Shown here: piece by piece, positions 19,471-28,863 of the stretch
Numbering within the stretch: position 1 is the first letter of the stretch
Layout of the letters: each line of letters starts with the position of its first letter
Assembly (NCBI GenBank): GCA_963833095.1
Contig: CAWHWQ010000005.1
Coordinates: 544,001 to 608,000 of the forward strand
Reading direction: 5' to 3'
Length of the DNA: 64,000 nt
DNA from: Vulcanimicrobiota bacterium
GTDB lineage: Bacteria > Vulcanimicrobiota > Vulcanimicrobiia > Vulcanimicrobiales > Vulcanimicrobiaceae
Program-made: the position numbers and the translations under genes
The notes under the pieces: model-generated
Databases searched by the model: none
Told to the model about the DNA's origin: nothing
Seen by the model: only the letters and a program-made list of their open reading frames with translations

Positions 19471-20520
19471 TACATCGAAGAGACTGATCTGCTTTGCGTT
19501 GCCCAGGCCGATCGAGGCAACGCGAAGGCCCAGCAATCGCACCGGCGTTCCCGCGAGATTCGCGCGCCGTAAACAATGCACTGCGGCCCGGTAGATGAGT
19601 CGGGCTTCGCGGGTCGGCTCGGCGAGATGGGTCTGACGGCCGAAGACCCGAAAATCGGCGCGCTTGATCTTGATTCCAACCGTTGAGGCACTGCAGTCCT
19701 CGCGTTCGAGCTTCTCGGCTACCTCGAGCGCCAATTCGCGCAACACTTCGACCAGCTTACGCTCGTCGCGAACGTCGTACTCGAACGTCGTTTCCGAGGA
19801 GATCGACTTGGTCTCCCGTTCGGGTTCGATCTTGCGAGTGTCGATGCCGCGCGCGAGGTCTCGTACGCTTGGCCCCCAGGAGCCGAAAATCGTTCGCGCC
19901 GCAGCATCGTCGAGCGCCGCGATCTGACCGATCGTCGTAATCCCGAACGTCTGTAATCGCGCGGCGGTCTTCGGGCCAACGCCCCAGAGACGTCCCGCCG
20001 GCAGCGGTGCAAGAAAGGTTGCTTCATCGCCCGGGGCGATTGCAAGTAATCCGTCGGGCTTGCAACCGTCCGACGCGGTCTTCGCTACCATTTTTCCAGT
20101 CGCAACGCCCGCGCTCACGGTCAGGCCCGTGCGTTCGCGAACCTTCGCGCGAATCGCCGCGGCAAATGCAGCGGCTTCATCCAGCGTCATCTCACCAAGA
20201 TCGACGAATGCCTCGTCCATCGAAAGCCCCTCAACCGCGTGACCGTCGGAGCCAAAGATCGCAAAGACCTCGCGCGAGATCGCTTTGTAGCGCTGCATGT
20301 CGGGTGGAACAACGATTAACTGCGGGCACAGCTCGAGCGCGCGGTAGAGTGGGATAGCCGAACGCACGCCGAAGGGGCGCGCTTCGTAGGACGCGGTAAG
20401 CACTACCGCGCGGCGATGGCGCCCGGCTACGGCAACGGGCTTACCGCGCAAGCTCGGATCATCGCGAACCGCAACGCTTGCGTAGAACGCGTCGATATCA
20501 AAGTGCGCGACGAACGCCAC
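19453..20520 (-). CDS. dinB: DNA polymerase IV
   Basis: HFDIDAFYASV, ASYEARPFGVRSA, SMDEAF, KPDG, WGVGPKT. Confidence 0.95.
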   Translation of the reverse strand: MAFVAHFDIDAFYASVAVRDDPSLRGKPVAVAGRHRRAVVLTASYEARPFGVRSAIPLYRALELCPQLIVVPPDMQRYKAISREVFAIFGSDGHAVEGLSMDEAFVDLGEMTLDEAAAFAAAIRAKVRERTGLTVSAGVATGKMVAKTASDGCKPDGLLAIAPGDEATFLAPLPAGRLWGVGPKTAARLQTFGITTIGQIAALDDAAARTIFGSWGPSVRDLARGIDTRKIEPERETKSISSETTFEYDVRDERKLVEVLRELALEVAEKLEREDCSASTVGIKIKRADFRVFGRQTHLAEPTREARLIYRAAVHCLRRANLAGTPVRLLGLRVASIGLGNAKQISLFDVSGGNA

Positions 20521-21349
20521 GTTCGATGGCCCGGATCGTTTGCATGTTCTTAAGGTCGTCTTCGAACTCGCCGGGCGTTTCGAGTATCGCCATTTTGTCG
20601 CGAACGGAACCGTGCGCGAGCAGCGCTCGGAATCCATCGAAACCGACGAAGCCTTCCCCGATGTGATAGTGGCGATCGCGGCTTCCGCCGAGCGGCACCT
20701 GTGTGTCGTTAAAGTGAAACATCGGGATGCGGTCGAGCCCGATCTGCTCGTCGGCTTCGGTGAGAAAGCGATCGACGCCGTGCTGCGAGTTTATCTCGTA
20801 ACCGGCAGCCCACGCGTGCGCCGTATCCAGACAGACGCCGAGCTGCGGGTGATCGAGAGCTTTGATGAACCGTCCGAGCTCTTCGAGTGTGCCGCCGGCC
20901 AAATTCCCTGCACCCGCCGAGTTTTCCATGACCAGCGTAACACCGGGCGCTATGCTACCGAGCGCGTCGTCGAGCGCCGCGACGATGGCGGTGAAGCCCT
21001 CAGCGCGATCGCGTGTTCCATATGAACCCAGATGCGTGTTGACGTAGTCGATCTTGCCCGCTGCGGCGACCGCGAGATCGCCGTGCAGCAGCCCGAGCGA
21101 CTTGCTCACGATCGTGGGGTCGTCGCTTCCAAGATTGATCAAGTAGGCGGTATGGATGGCGCAGCGCTCAATCCCCGCTTCGCCGCGCATCTTTGCAAAC
21201 GCCGCGAGCGCCGGCGGATCAAGCTTCGCCACGCGATAGCTGCGCGCGTTGCTCGAGAAAATCTGTACGGCAGTGCAGCCGAGTGACTTGGCATAGGCAA
21301 CGGCTTTTGGGTAGCCGCCGGAAACGCGGACGTGGACGCCGAGATACAT
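20498..21349 (-). CDS. nfo: Endonuclease IV
   Basis: HTAYLINL, ENSAG, CLDTAH, HFND, DRH.HIG, ILETP. Confidence 0.93.
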   Translation of the reverse strand: MYLGVHVRVSGGYPKAVAYAKSLGCTAVQIFSSNARSYRVAKLDPPALAAFAKMRGEAGIERCAIHTAYLINLGSDDPTIVSKSLGLLHGDLAVAAAGKIDYVNTHLGSYGTRDRAEGFTAIVAALDDALGSIAPGVTLVMENSAGAGNLAGGTLEELGRFIKALDHPQLGVCLDTAHAWAAGYEINSQHGVDRFLTEADEQIGLDRIPMFHFNDTQVPLGGSRDRHYHIGEGFVGFDGFRALLAHGSVRDKMAILETPGEFEDDLKNMQTIRAIERGVRRAL

Positions 21350-21353
21350 GCGT

Positions 21354-22085
21354 CTAGATTTTTGCGAGGTAGAGAAAGTGCGTGTACGAGAGCGGCAAAA
21401 TAGGGTCGCCTTCACCGAAGGTTTCGCGAAGACGAGCTTCGAGGCGCTCGAAATACTCGGGCGCGCTCGTCCCGAACTCGTCACGCACTATCTTGCGCGA
21501 GCGCTCGTATTGCAAAAATTTTCCGAGCGTTACAATCGTACTCCACGGAATGACGCGGACGGCCGTCTCGGAAAAGCCGGCGGAATAAAAATCGCGAAAC
21601 CCGCCGCGCCACGAGCTCGAGAGCGGCGCAATGCCCATGTCACGCGCGATTGAATCTCGCAGTTGTTTGACGGGGTCGTCGCTCATCAGACTTTTCCACC
21701 AAATTGCAATGAGCCCACGCGGCTTGAGCACGCGCTTGATCTCGGCGATACCGGCTCGCGGATCAGCGTGATGAAAGGCCTGCGCGCTGATCACCGCATC
21801 AAACGACCCCGCCTCAAGCGGCAGCACTTCCGCGGTCCCGCGAACCCACTTCGCCTCGGGATAGCGGTCTCTCGCGACGGCAAGCATCGGTTCGGAAGGG
21901 TCGACACCGGTGACGTTATAGCCGTTTTCGATCAGCGGGGCGCTGGCAAGTCCCGTACCGCAACCGATATCCACGATCGCGTGCTTGGGCAGAAGTCCAA
22001 AGGCGACCAGATTGTTGTAAACATCGTTCGAATATCCTAGCCGCCCGGCCTCATATTCCGTGACGAGCGCGTCAAACGAAGTCAC
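21354..22085 (-). CDS. Class I SAM-dependent methyltransferase
   Basis: VDIGCGTG, GVDPSEPML, AQAFH. Confidence 0.88.
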   Translation of the reverse strand: MTSFDALVTEYEAGRLGYSNDVYNNLVAFGLLPKHAIVDIGCGTGLASAPLIENGYNVTGVDPSEPMLAVARDRYPEAKWVRGTAEVLPLEAGSFDAVISAQAFHHADPRAGIAEIKRVLKPRGLIAIWWKSLMSDDPVKQLRDSIARDMGIAPLSSSWRGGFRDFYSAGFSETAVRVIPWSTIVTLGKFLQYERSRKIVRDEFGTSAPEYFERLEARLRETFGEGDPILPLSYTHFLYLAKI

Positions 22086-22732
22086 GTAGGCTCCTGGGGC
22101 ACCGGTTCCGTCGACGACTCCGGCGTCGTCGGAGGAAGGATCAAGTTCAGCTCCAGGGGTTGACCTGGCTCGAGTTCGAGCTGGGGCAAATCGTCAAGCG
22201 AACGTAGCCCAAAGGATTCGAGGAAGAGCGGTGTCGTCTTGTAGGTCATCGGCCGCCCAACAACATCCTTGCGGCCCGCTTCGGCAATCAAACTGCGATC
22301 GAGCAACGTGCTGACCACGCTATCCGAGTTGACCCCGCGGATTGCCTCGATCTCGCCTTTGGTCACCGGCTGCATATGGGCAACGATTGCCAGCGCCTCG
22401 AGCGCCGGCGTGGAGAGTGTGGTTTTGGGAGGTAAGAGATAGGCTTCAACGACCTCGCGAACTGCCGAGGACGTCGCGAACCGATAGCCGCCGGCAATTT
22501 GGCGCAGCACAATACCGCCTTGACTGTAGCGATCTTCGAGCGTTTGCAACGCGAGCGCGACCGCACGCTCGTCTCCGCCGGTTAGTTTAGCAATGCGTTT
22601 GGGATCGAGAGCTTCACTTGCAACAAAGAGCAACGCCTCGATCGCCGCCTGCACGCCCTCGGCAGCTGCATGTAGCTCCTGCGCCTCGGCGCTGAGGGTT
22701 TGCTGCGAATCGGTCAACTCTTGTGTGTCCAC
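22082..22732 (-). CDS. scpB: SMC-Scp complex subunit ScpB
   Basis: IEALLF, QPVTKGEIEAIRGV, GRP..Y.TT..FLE.FGL. Confidence 0.95.
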   Translation of the reverse strand: MDTQELTDSQQTLSAEAQELHAAAEGVQAAIEALLFVASEALDPKRIAKLTGGDERAVALALQTLEDRYSQGGIVLRQIAGGYRFATSSAVREVVEAYLLPPKTTLSTPALEALAIVAHMQPVTKGEIEAIRGVNSDSVVSTLLDRSLIAEAGRKDVVGRPMTYKTTPLFLESFGLRSLDDLPQLELEPGQPLELNLILPPTTPESSTEPVPQEPT

Positions 22733-22745
22733 GGTTTAAGGAAGC

Positions 22746-23489
22746 CTACCCTTGTGCAATTGAATGTGAAATAGGAAGAAGCTGGATATCATCGTCGATG
22801 TCCGCCTGTTCGAACTCGATGCGATGACGGCGCACGAGCTCTAAAATCGCAAGAAACGTGACAATGATGACCTCGCGTGTCATGCCTAGCTCGCGGCAAA
22901 GCGCGAAGAACGACACCGTCCCTTGCTCTTTGATCTTACGTGAAATGTAGTCCATCTGGGCAAGTAGCGAAACGCGTTCCCGTACCACTTCGCGCTTCTC
23001 GGGCCGCGCCTGCTGCAGCATGATGATGAAGGCGCGCTTGAGCTTCTCGGGATCGATGCGATAATGCTGCACCAGTTCGCTGGTCGGATCGCCCGAGTCG
23101 CGATAGTAGAAGCCGCTGGCTTCGTCTTGGCGGGCGCGCAATTGCACGCCGAGCTCGCGGTAGCGCGAATAGGCGATGAGCCGCCGCCGCAGACGCTCCT
23201 CGACCTGCTCGGCAGACTCTTCGCTCTCATCGATAAACTCTTGCGGAATGGGCGGCAAAAGCGCTTTTGACTTGAGGAAAACCAGCGTAGCGGCGATGAC
23301 CAAATACTCAGCCGCGACCTCCATGTCGAGATCTTCCATGACGCGCACGTAGGCCAAATATTGTTCGGCTACCGAGGCGAGCGGCACGGTCGAGATGTCG
23401 AGTTGCTGCTCTTTGATAAGGCTCAAGAGCAAGTCGAGCGGCCCGTCGAAAACGTCGAGCCGAACGTGGAGGGCGTCAGTGTCGTTCAA
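22746..23489 (-). CDS. scpA: Segregation/condensation protein A
   Basis: FDGPLDLLL.LI, LKSKALLP, TFLAILEL. Confidence 0.95.
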   Translation of the reverse strand: MNDTDALHVRLDVFDGPLDLLLSLIKEQQLDISTVPLASVAEQYLAYVRVMEDLDMEVAAEYLVIAATLVFLKSKALLPPIPQEFIDESEESAEQVEERLRRRLIAYSRYRELGVQLRARQDEASGFYYRDSGDPTSELVQHYRIDPEKLKRAFIIMLQQARPEKREVVRERVSLLAQMDYISRKIKEQGTVSFFALCRELGMTREVIIVTFLAILELVRRHRIEFEQADIDDDIQLLPISHSIAQG

Positions 23490-23959
23490 GAGCTCTGCGG
23501 TTCAGCCAGGGCGACAGCGATTTCGGGAAAGATAGCCGGATTTGCGGCTACGTACTCGAGGGCCATGTCGACCAGGCGTTTCTCATTGACGTATTTGAGC
23601 GCTTTGCGCGCGGCCCGCACCTCGAACCAGCGGGCTTCGTCGACCTCATGATCGTGGTTGGCCGTGTCTCCGGAAAGGTAACGCATCAAATAGAACGTCA
23701 CGCTTTTCTTGTGCTTCGCCTTCCCGACGTAGAACCAGTATGAGATCTCAGAGAGGCGCGTGAGGATCTCTCCCCAACATCCCGTCTCCTCACGAACTTC
23801 GCGCAGTCCCGCTTGCTCGTTCGACTCACGCGCTTCGACGTGCCCCTTGGGCAGCGTCCAAATGCGAGGCGACCCGCGCCCGATCAAGAGCGCGTCGAAT
23901 CCGGACTCGTGCGGCCGTAGAACTAAGCCGCCGGCCGACACTTCATACTTGATTCGCAT
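23486..23959 (-). CDS. NUDIX hydrolase
   Basis: LPKGHVE..E...AGLREVREETG Nudix box. Confidence 0.9.
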   Translation of the reverse strand: MRIKYEVSAGGLVLRPHESGFDALLIGRGSPRIWTLPKGHVEARESNEQAGLREVREETGCWGEILTRLSEISYWFYVGKAKHKKSVTFYLMRYLSGDTANHDHEVDEARWFEVRAARKALKYVNEKRLVDMALEYVAANPAIFPEIAVALAEPQSS

Positions 23960-24097
23960 GTCGATAGACCCGTAGCGGGAGACAGGTAAGGGGGCTCTGT
24001 CGCGCCCCCTGATTACCCCCATTATAGCTTTTGGGCCCAAGAAGCGCCTGCCACAAGGAGCGCCCTCTTTTCCCCCTCGAAGGATCGCTCGCTTGCT

Positions 24098-25231
24098 TTA
24101 TTTCAAGGCGGTGACATTTGCCGTCTCCGACAGGACGGTCACCGCGGCGTGCGCTTTGTCGTAGCCCAGCGCATAGGCATAGATATCGACCACGCGCGTT
24201 GTGCCGGCCCCAGGAATTCCGCGTAACAGGACGTGGTTCGAGTGTCTTGGGAGGGTCACGGCTCCGATGAATGTTTGACCGGCGCGTGCTACGAGTGTGA
24301 CCGCCGAGGCGCCGGGAGTGAGGACGTCCACGCGAATCGGGTGTCCGCCGTAAACGGTAGACGGTACGCGCAAGCCAAGGTCGCGCACGACGGCCGCCGC
24401 CTCCGGCGCGTCGGCGATCTCGGACGCGGTCGGGTGATCGTGATGGAAAACGTAGTAGAACACCCCACGATGCCGCGGTGTTGGCGTTGGCTGCGGGTCG
24501 GGCGCGTCGCTCGAGAGATCGGCTACGATCATCGTCGAGGCTTGCTTGTGCGTGCGCGCGATCGCGTGCGTACTTGCACGATTGCGATGCTGCGCCGTTT
24601 GCTGCACGGATGCGACGGCGACGCCATGAAGCGCGATGGTGTTTGTCTCGTCGATGCGCGTCGAAAGGCCTACGGTAAGCCGATCGTAGAGCGCCATCAC
24701 ATTGCGGACGTACGCTTGCGTTTCGCTGTATGGCGGAATGCCGCCAAAACGCTCAACTGCGCCCGGGCCCGCATTATATCCCGCGAGGGCGAGTCGATAG
24801 CGTTGCATTTGCGGATACGCGGCATAACGATCGAGCAGGCCACGCAAATACCGCGCGGTTCCATTCAAATTGTCGTGCGCCGAGAATGCGTCAACGCCGA
24901 GTCCGGCGGCCGTCCCCGGCATCAGCTGCCCAAGACCACGAGCGCCAACCGGCGAAACTGCGTACGGATGCCACGACGACTCCGTCGCAACAAGGGCAAC
25001 GAGCAAGCGTGGATCCAATCGGTAAAAGAGCGATTCGACGCGCACACGATCGGCAAGCTCGCGGCTCTGCGACGCTGAAAGATTGGGATTAAACGTGCTA
25101 AGGACGCGCGCGTATTCTGCGAGGCGGGAACTCGTTATCGTGGTTGAAGCAGCCGACGCAGGCGACGCCGCTGTGCTGAGCAGAACAGCCAGCGCGCCGG
25201 CGACAATATGCCGCGGGCGAGCAACTCCCAT
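24098..25231 (-). CDS. Secreted lytic transglycosylase (SLT) with C-terminal extension
   Basis: Signal peptide; ATESS, GARGLGQLMPGTA, AGYNAG, ETQAYV. Confidence 0.88.
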   Translation of the reverse strand: MGVARPRHIVAGALAVLLSTAASPASAASTTITSSRLAEYARVLSTFNPNLSASQSRELADRVRVESLFYRLDPRLLVALVATESSWHPYAVSPVGARGLGQLMPGTAAGLGVDAFSAHDNLNGTARYLRGLLDRYAAYPQMQRYRLALAGYNAGPGAVERFGGIPPYSETQAYVRNVMALYDRLTVGLSTRIDETNTIALHGVAVASVQQTAQHRNRASTHAIARTHKQASTMIVADLSSDAPDPQPTPTPRHRGVFYYVFHHDHPTASEIADAPEAAAVVRDLGLRVPSTVYGGHPIRVDVLTPGASAVTLVARAGQTFIGAVTLPRHSNHVLLRGIPGAGTTRVVDIYAYALGYDKAHAAVTVLSETANVTALK

Positions 25232-25298
25232 GCGTAGCTAATCGGTTGCGTGCTTTGAAAATTCTAGAGCGAGAAGATGTTCGCTCGGCAGCTCGCTT

Positions 25299-25976
25299 TC
25301 AACGCGCCGAGGGGCACGTCCGTCGCAGCAAGCAGGCTCCGCAAAGCGGGTTGGTTCGTTTGCACAGCTCCCGGCCGTGGGCTCGCAGAACGGCATAGGC
25401 GTCGACCGCCAAGGGGCCTATAATCGCCGCCTGGGTTAGAGCGGCGACGCCCGCGCGATAGGCCGCCGCATAAGGCTGGCCGCCCTGCACGACGTGGAGG
25501 CGTTCGAGCACCCGCAGTCCGTTGGAATCCAGCGCCGGCGCCTCCGAGAACCCGCAAAGCAGTAGCACCTTGTCGGCGCCAGGGTCAGCGATCCCCGGAA
25601 ATCGTTTGAGCAGGGTTCGTCGCGGCTTTTCCGCGAGCGCGGCCAGAGCCCCGGCCAGGTTGCCGCCGGCGTATGCCGCGGTATGCTCCGCGCAGGCGAG
25701 CACCTTGGCGGCTCGATGGGACGGCTGCATCCCGCCATCGCGAATCGCCGCCTCGATCTTTTTTGCTCCCGCACCGATCAATGTTGCGGGCGTGATGCCT
25801 ACGGCCGTTCGCAGGCGCTCGAAGGTTTGGGCGCGCCGCTGGTCATCCACGAGATACGCGCAGTTCTCCCAGACGATCAGTTCAAACGGCTCGGTCGGCT
25901 CGGGCAATTCGACGGTGCCATACTGCGTGCGCAGGGCGTCGATGATCGCTCCCGGTTGACCGGGGACGGGCTTCAT
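25299..25976 (-). CDS. HhH-GPD superfamily DNA glycosylase with Fe-S cluster
   Basis: FPGI...GAD, LDSN..RV, HGRELC...P.CGAC.L...CP. Confidence 0.8.
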   Translation of the reverse strand: MKPVPGQPGAIIDALRTQYGTVELPEPTEPFELIVWENCAYLVDDQRRAQTFERLRTAVGITPATLIGAGAKKIEAAIRDGGMQPSHRAAKVLACAEHTAAYAGGNLAGALAALAEKPRRTLLKRFPGIADPGADKVLLLCGFSEAPALDSNGLRVLERLHVVQGGQPYAAAYRAGVAALTQAAIIGPLAVDAYAVLRAHGRELCKRTNPLCGACLLRRTCPSAR

Positions 25977-25984
25977 GCTATCGT
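25956..25984 (+). promoter_or_regulatory. Sigma70-type promoter for leader peptide/ssu operon
   Basis: TTGACC (25956-61), 17-nt spacer, TGn-TATCGT (25979-84); ATG 7 nt downstream. Confidence 0.7.
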
Positions 25985-25991
25985 CGGGTCC

Positions 25992-26075
25992 ATGTCCAAT
26001 CTGCACATTATGTGTCACATGTGCCCCGTCCCGGCGCCCGATCGGCGTAGGTTGGCTTCTCGCATCTCGAAATAG
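25992..26075 (+). CDS. Putative leaderless Met/Cys-rich attenuator leader peptide (MSNLHIMCHMCPVPAPDRRRLASRISK)
   Basis: ATG at predicted TSS, MCHMC cluster, contains antiterminator arm, ends just before terminator. Confidence 0.7.
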   Translation: MSNLHIMCHMCPVPAPDRRRLASRISK

Positions 26076-26097
26076 CGCGACACGAATTTCGATGAAC

Positions 26098-26136
26098 GAA
26101 GCCCTCCGCCGATCCGGCGGAGGGCTTCTTGCTTTC
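26098..26136 (+). terminator. Attenuator terminator upstream of ssuA-like gene
   Basis: 14-bp perfect stem gaagccctccgccg/cggcggagggcttc, 3-nt loop, followed by ttgctttc. Confidence 0.8.
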
Positions 26137-26159
26137 CCATCTCACCAGGAGGCACGCCA

Positions 26160-27149
26160 ATGTATCCCACCCGACGCGAGGCAATCGGCCTTGCTACCGC
26201 CGCACTCGCCACCCTCGCCCTTCCGGGGCGCGTGCGCGCAGCGGATAAACTCGACGCAATCACCGTCGACTACGCCTACTACAATCCGGTCAGCCTGATC
26301 CTCAAGCAAAATGGCTGGCTCGAACGCGCACTGGCAGCTAACGGCACCACGGTATCGTGGGTGCTCTCCCTCGGCTCGAATAAGGCCAATCAATTTCTTG
26401 CTTCGGGTTCGGCGCAATTTGCGTCAACGGCGGGAAGCGCAGCGCTGCTTGCGCGCGCCAACGGCGTCCCGCTGCACACTGTCTTTCTCTATTCCCAACC
26501 CGAGTGGACGGCGATCGTCGTCGGCAAGGACTCGAAGCTCTCGAACCTGCGCGACCTCAGAGGCAAGAAGATCGCCGCGACCCGCGGCACCGATCCATGG
26601 TTTTTCTTGCTGCGCTCGCTCGCATCGGTCGGCCTTACCTCGAACGACGTGCAGATCGTTGAACTCCAGCATCCCGACGGACGCGTTGCACTCGAGCGCG
26701 GGCAAGTCGATGCGTGGGCCGGGCTCGATCCGCACATGGCCGCATCGCAACTCGACGCCGGGTCGCGGCTCCTCTATCGCAACATCGCCTGGAACACCTA
26801 CGGTGCGCTCAACGTGCGCGAAGATTTTCTGGCGGCACATCCAGACGTCGTGCGCATCGTGCTGCGCGCCTACGAGCTCGGGCACACATATGCCAAAGCG
26901 CACCCGGCGGAGACCGCGAAGATTCTTGCCGACGCTTCAAACCTTGATCTCAAGGTCGCAAATCTCGTCATCGACGACCGTACGCGGTTCCCGGATCCGG
27001 TTCCGGGAAAAGCCTACATCGACTCCGTTGGCGGGACGATTCCCGTGATTCGCTCCGAGCAACTCGTCGCCGACGTCGGTTCGGTGCAAACCGCGCTCGG
27101 TTCGCTCGCCGATCCTGCGCCTGCGCGCGTCGCACTGGCGCATGCGTAA
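26160..27149 (+). CDS. ssuA: Aliphatic sulfonate-type ABC substrate-binding protein
   Basis: Tat-like signal TRREAI; DYAYYNP, LGSNKA, KKIAATRGT, VDAWAGLDP; SD aggagg. Confidence 0.82.
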   Translation: MYPTRREAIGLATAALATLALPGRVRAADKLDAITVDYAYYNPVSLILKQNGWLERALAANGTTVSWVLSLGSNKANQFLASGSAQFASTAGSAALLARANGVPLHTVFLYSQPEWTAIVVGKDSKLSNLRDLRGKKIAATRGTDPWFFLLRSLASVGLTSNDVQIVELQHPDGRVALERGQVDAWAGLDPHMAASQLDAGSRLLYRNIAWNTYGALNVREDFLAAHPDVVRIVLRAYELGHTYAKAHPAETAKILADASNLDLKVANLVIDDRTRFPDPVPGKAYIDSVGGTIPVIRSEQLVADVGSVQTALGSLADPAPARVALAHA

Positions 27150-27894
27150 AGCACTCCTCGCCTGGCTCGTTCCGGCGGCGATTCTTCTCCTCTGGATCGT
27201 CGCCGGTCACGCGCACTGGTTTGCTCCCGATCAGCTCGCGCCGCCCTCGCGCGTTTTGGCCGAACTCGGATCGCTGTGGCAACGTGGGCTGCTGCAGCAA
27301 GACATTCTCGCTAGCGCAGCACGCGTGTTCGCGGGATTCGCAATCGCGCTCGCGCTTGCGGTGGTGCTTGGGACGCTCGTTGGCTTGAATCGCACGGTCG
27401 AACGGGCGATCGATCCCACGTTACAAGCGATTCGCGCGGTGCCGTCGCTTGCGTGGGTACCACTGCTGTTGCTCTGGCTTGGCATCGGTGAATCGGCCAA
27501 GATTACGCTGATCGCGATCGGCGCCTTCTTTCCGATCTACGTGAATTTGGTGGCCGGCATTCACGGAGTGGATCGCAAACTGGTCGAGGTCGCACGCATT
27601 CTCGGACTGCATCCATTCAGCGTCGCCGTACGCGTCGTTTTGCCGGCCGCGTTTCCGTCATTGCTCGTTGGAGCGCGCATCGGTCTCACGCAGGCATGGC
27701 TCTTCCTCGTTGCCGCGGAATTGCTCGCATCGACGCGCGGACTTGGCTTCTTGCTCACCGAGGGACAACAAATTTCGCGGCCCGACGAAATTCTCGTGGC
27801 GATTCTGTTGCTCGCTATCGCAGGCAAGCTGTGTGAGTCCGGTATGCTTGCGATCGAGCGGCGCACGACTGCCTGGACGGACGGGCTGCGATGA
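27142..27894 (+). CDS. ssuC: Sulfonate/nitrate-family ABC permease
   Basis: VPSLAWVPL, FFPIY.N...GI, LVAAEL. Confidence 0.82.
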   Translation: MRKALLAWLVPAAILLLWIVAGHAHWFAPDQLAPPSRVLAELGSLWQRGLLQQDILASAARVFAGFAIALALAVVLGTLVGLNRTVERAIDPTLQAIRAVPSLAWVPLLLLWLGIGESAKITLIAIGAFFPIYVNLVAGIHGVDRKLVEVARILGLHPFSVAVRVVLPAAFPSLLVGARIGLTQAWLFLVAAELLASTRGLGFLLTEGQQISRPDEILVAILLLAIAGKLCESGMLAIERRTTAWTDGLR

Positions 27895-28607
27895 GCACGA
27901 TTCGCATCGAAGACTTGCGCGTCGCGTTTGGTGAACTGCGCGTGCTCGACGGACTTTCGCTCACAGTAGAGCGCGGCGAGATCGTTGCCGTGCTCGGGCC
28001 CAGCGGCTGCGGCAAGAGCACGCTGCTACGAGCGATTGCGGGGCTGGACGTTCATCCGCTCGGCACGATCGCCGTCGAGGGTGACGTCGGCTATGTCTTT
28101 CAGGAGCCGCGGCTTTTTCCGTGGCTCAACGTCGAGAAGAACGTTCGTTTCGCCGCGCGCACGCCCGAAGAACGCGAACGCGTCAACGCGGTGCTCGAGC
28201 TCACCGGATTGCAAGACGCTCGAACAACGTTGCCCAAGGCACTCTCGGGCGGCATGGCCCAACGCGCCGCGCTCGCCCGCGCATTGGTGCGCAAGCCGTC
28301 GGTGCTTCTGCTCGATGAACCGCTGGCTTCGCTGGATGCGCTGCGCCGGATGCAATTGCAAGAGGGGATCGCCGAGATCATCGCCGCCGTCGATGCAACA
28401 GCTATTCTCGTAACACACGACATCGAGGAAGCGCTCTACCTCGCCGACCGCATCGTCGTGCTGGGCGGCTCGCCCTCGCGTATCGCGCTCGAAATCACCA
28501 TCCCAGCGCATAAGCGTCGCAACCGCGACGCGAATCTCAACAGCGAACGCAGCACGCTGTTTCACGCATTGTCAGGTGAGGAGACCCGAGAACAAGAATC
28601 GGCATAA
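27891..28607 (+). CDS. ssuB: Sulfonate/nitrate-family ABC ATPase
   Basis: GPSGCGKST, FQEPRLFPW, LSGGMAQR, LLDEP, VTHD. Confidence 0.82.
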   Translation: MSTIRIEDLRVAFGELRVLDGLSLTVERGEIVAVLGPSGCGKSTLLRAIAGLDVHPLGTIAVEGDVGYVFQEPRLFPWLNVEKNVRFAARTPEERERVNAVLELTGLQDARTTLPKALSGGMAQRAALARALVRKPSVLLLDEPLASLDALRRMQLQEGIAEIIAAVDATAILVTHDIEEALYLADRIVVLGGSPSRIALEITIPAHKRRNRDANLNSERSTLFHALSGEETREQESA

Positions 28608-28608
28608 G

Positions 28609-28863
28609 CTTGTCATCCCGAGCGTAGGCGCTCGCCTTGTCATCCCGAGCGTGGGCGCGAAGCGCCGAAGTCGAGGGACTGACGCCACGGCCTGCCTTCG
28701 ACGTTCGGCTGAACGCGTTAGCCGAGCGGCGAGCACCCTGACCATGCGTTGTGCGAGACGCGAGACGCTTAGTGAGGCTGAACGTCCGAGGCAAGGACGT
28801 AAGGCGGTCCCTCGACTACGCGGGTGAACGCGCAGCGTTCACGCCCTACGCTCGGGATGACAA
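28609..28863. repeat. REP/MITE-like nested palindromic element with duplicated left end
   Basis: cttgtcatcccgagcgt at 28609 and 28636, inverted copy ending 28863; inner IR agtcgagggac 28669-79 / gtccctcgact 28807-17. Confidence 0.85.
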
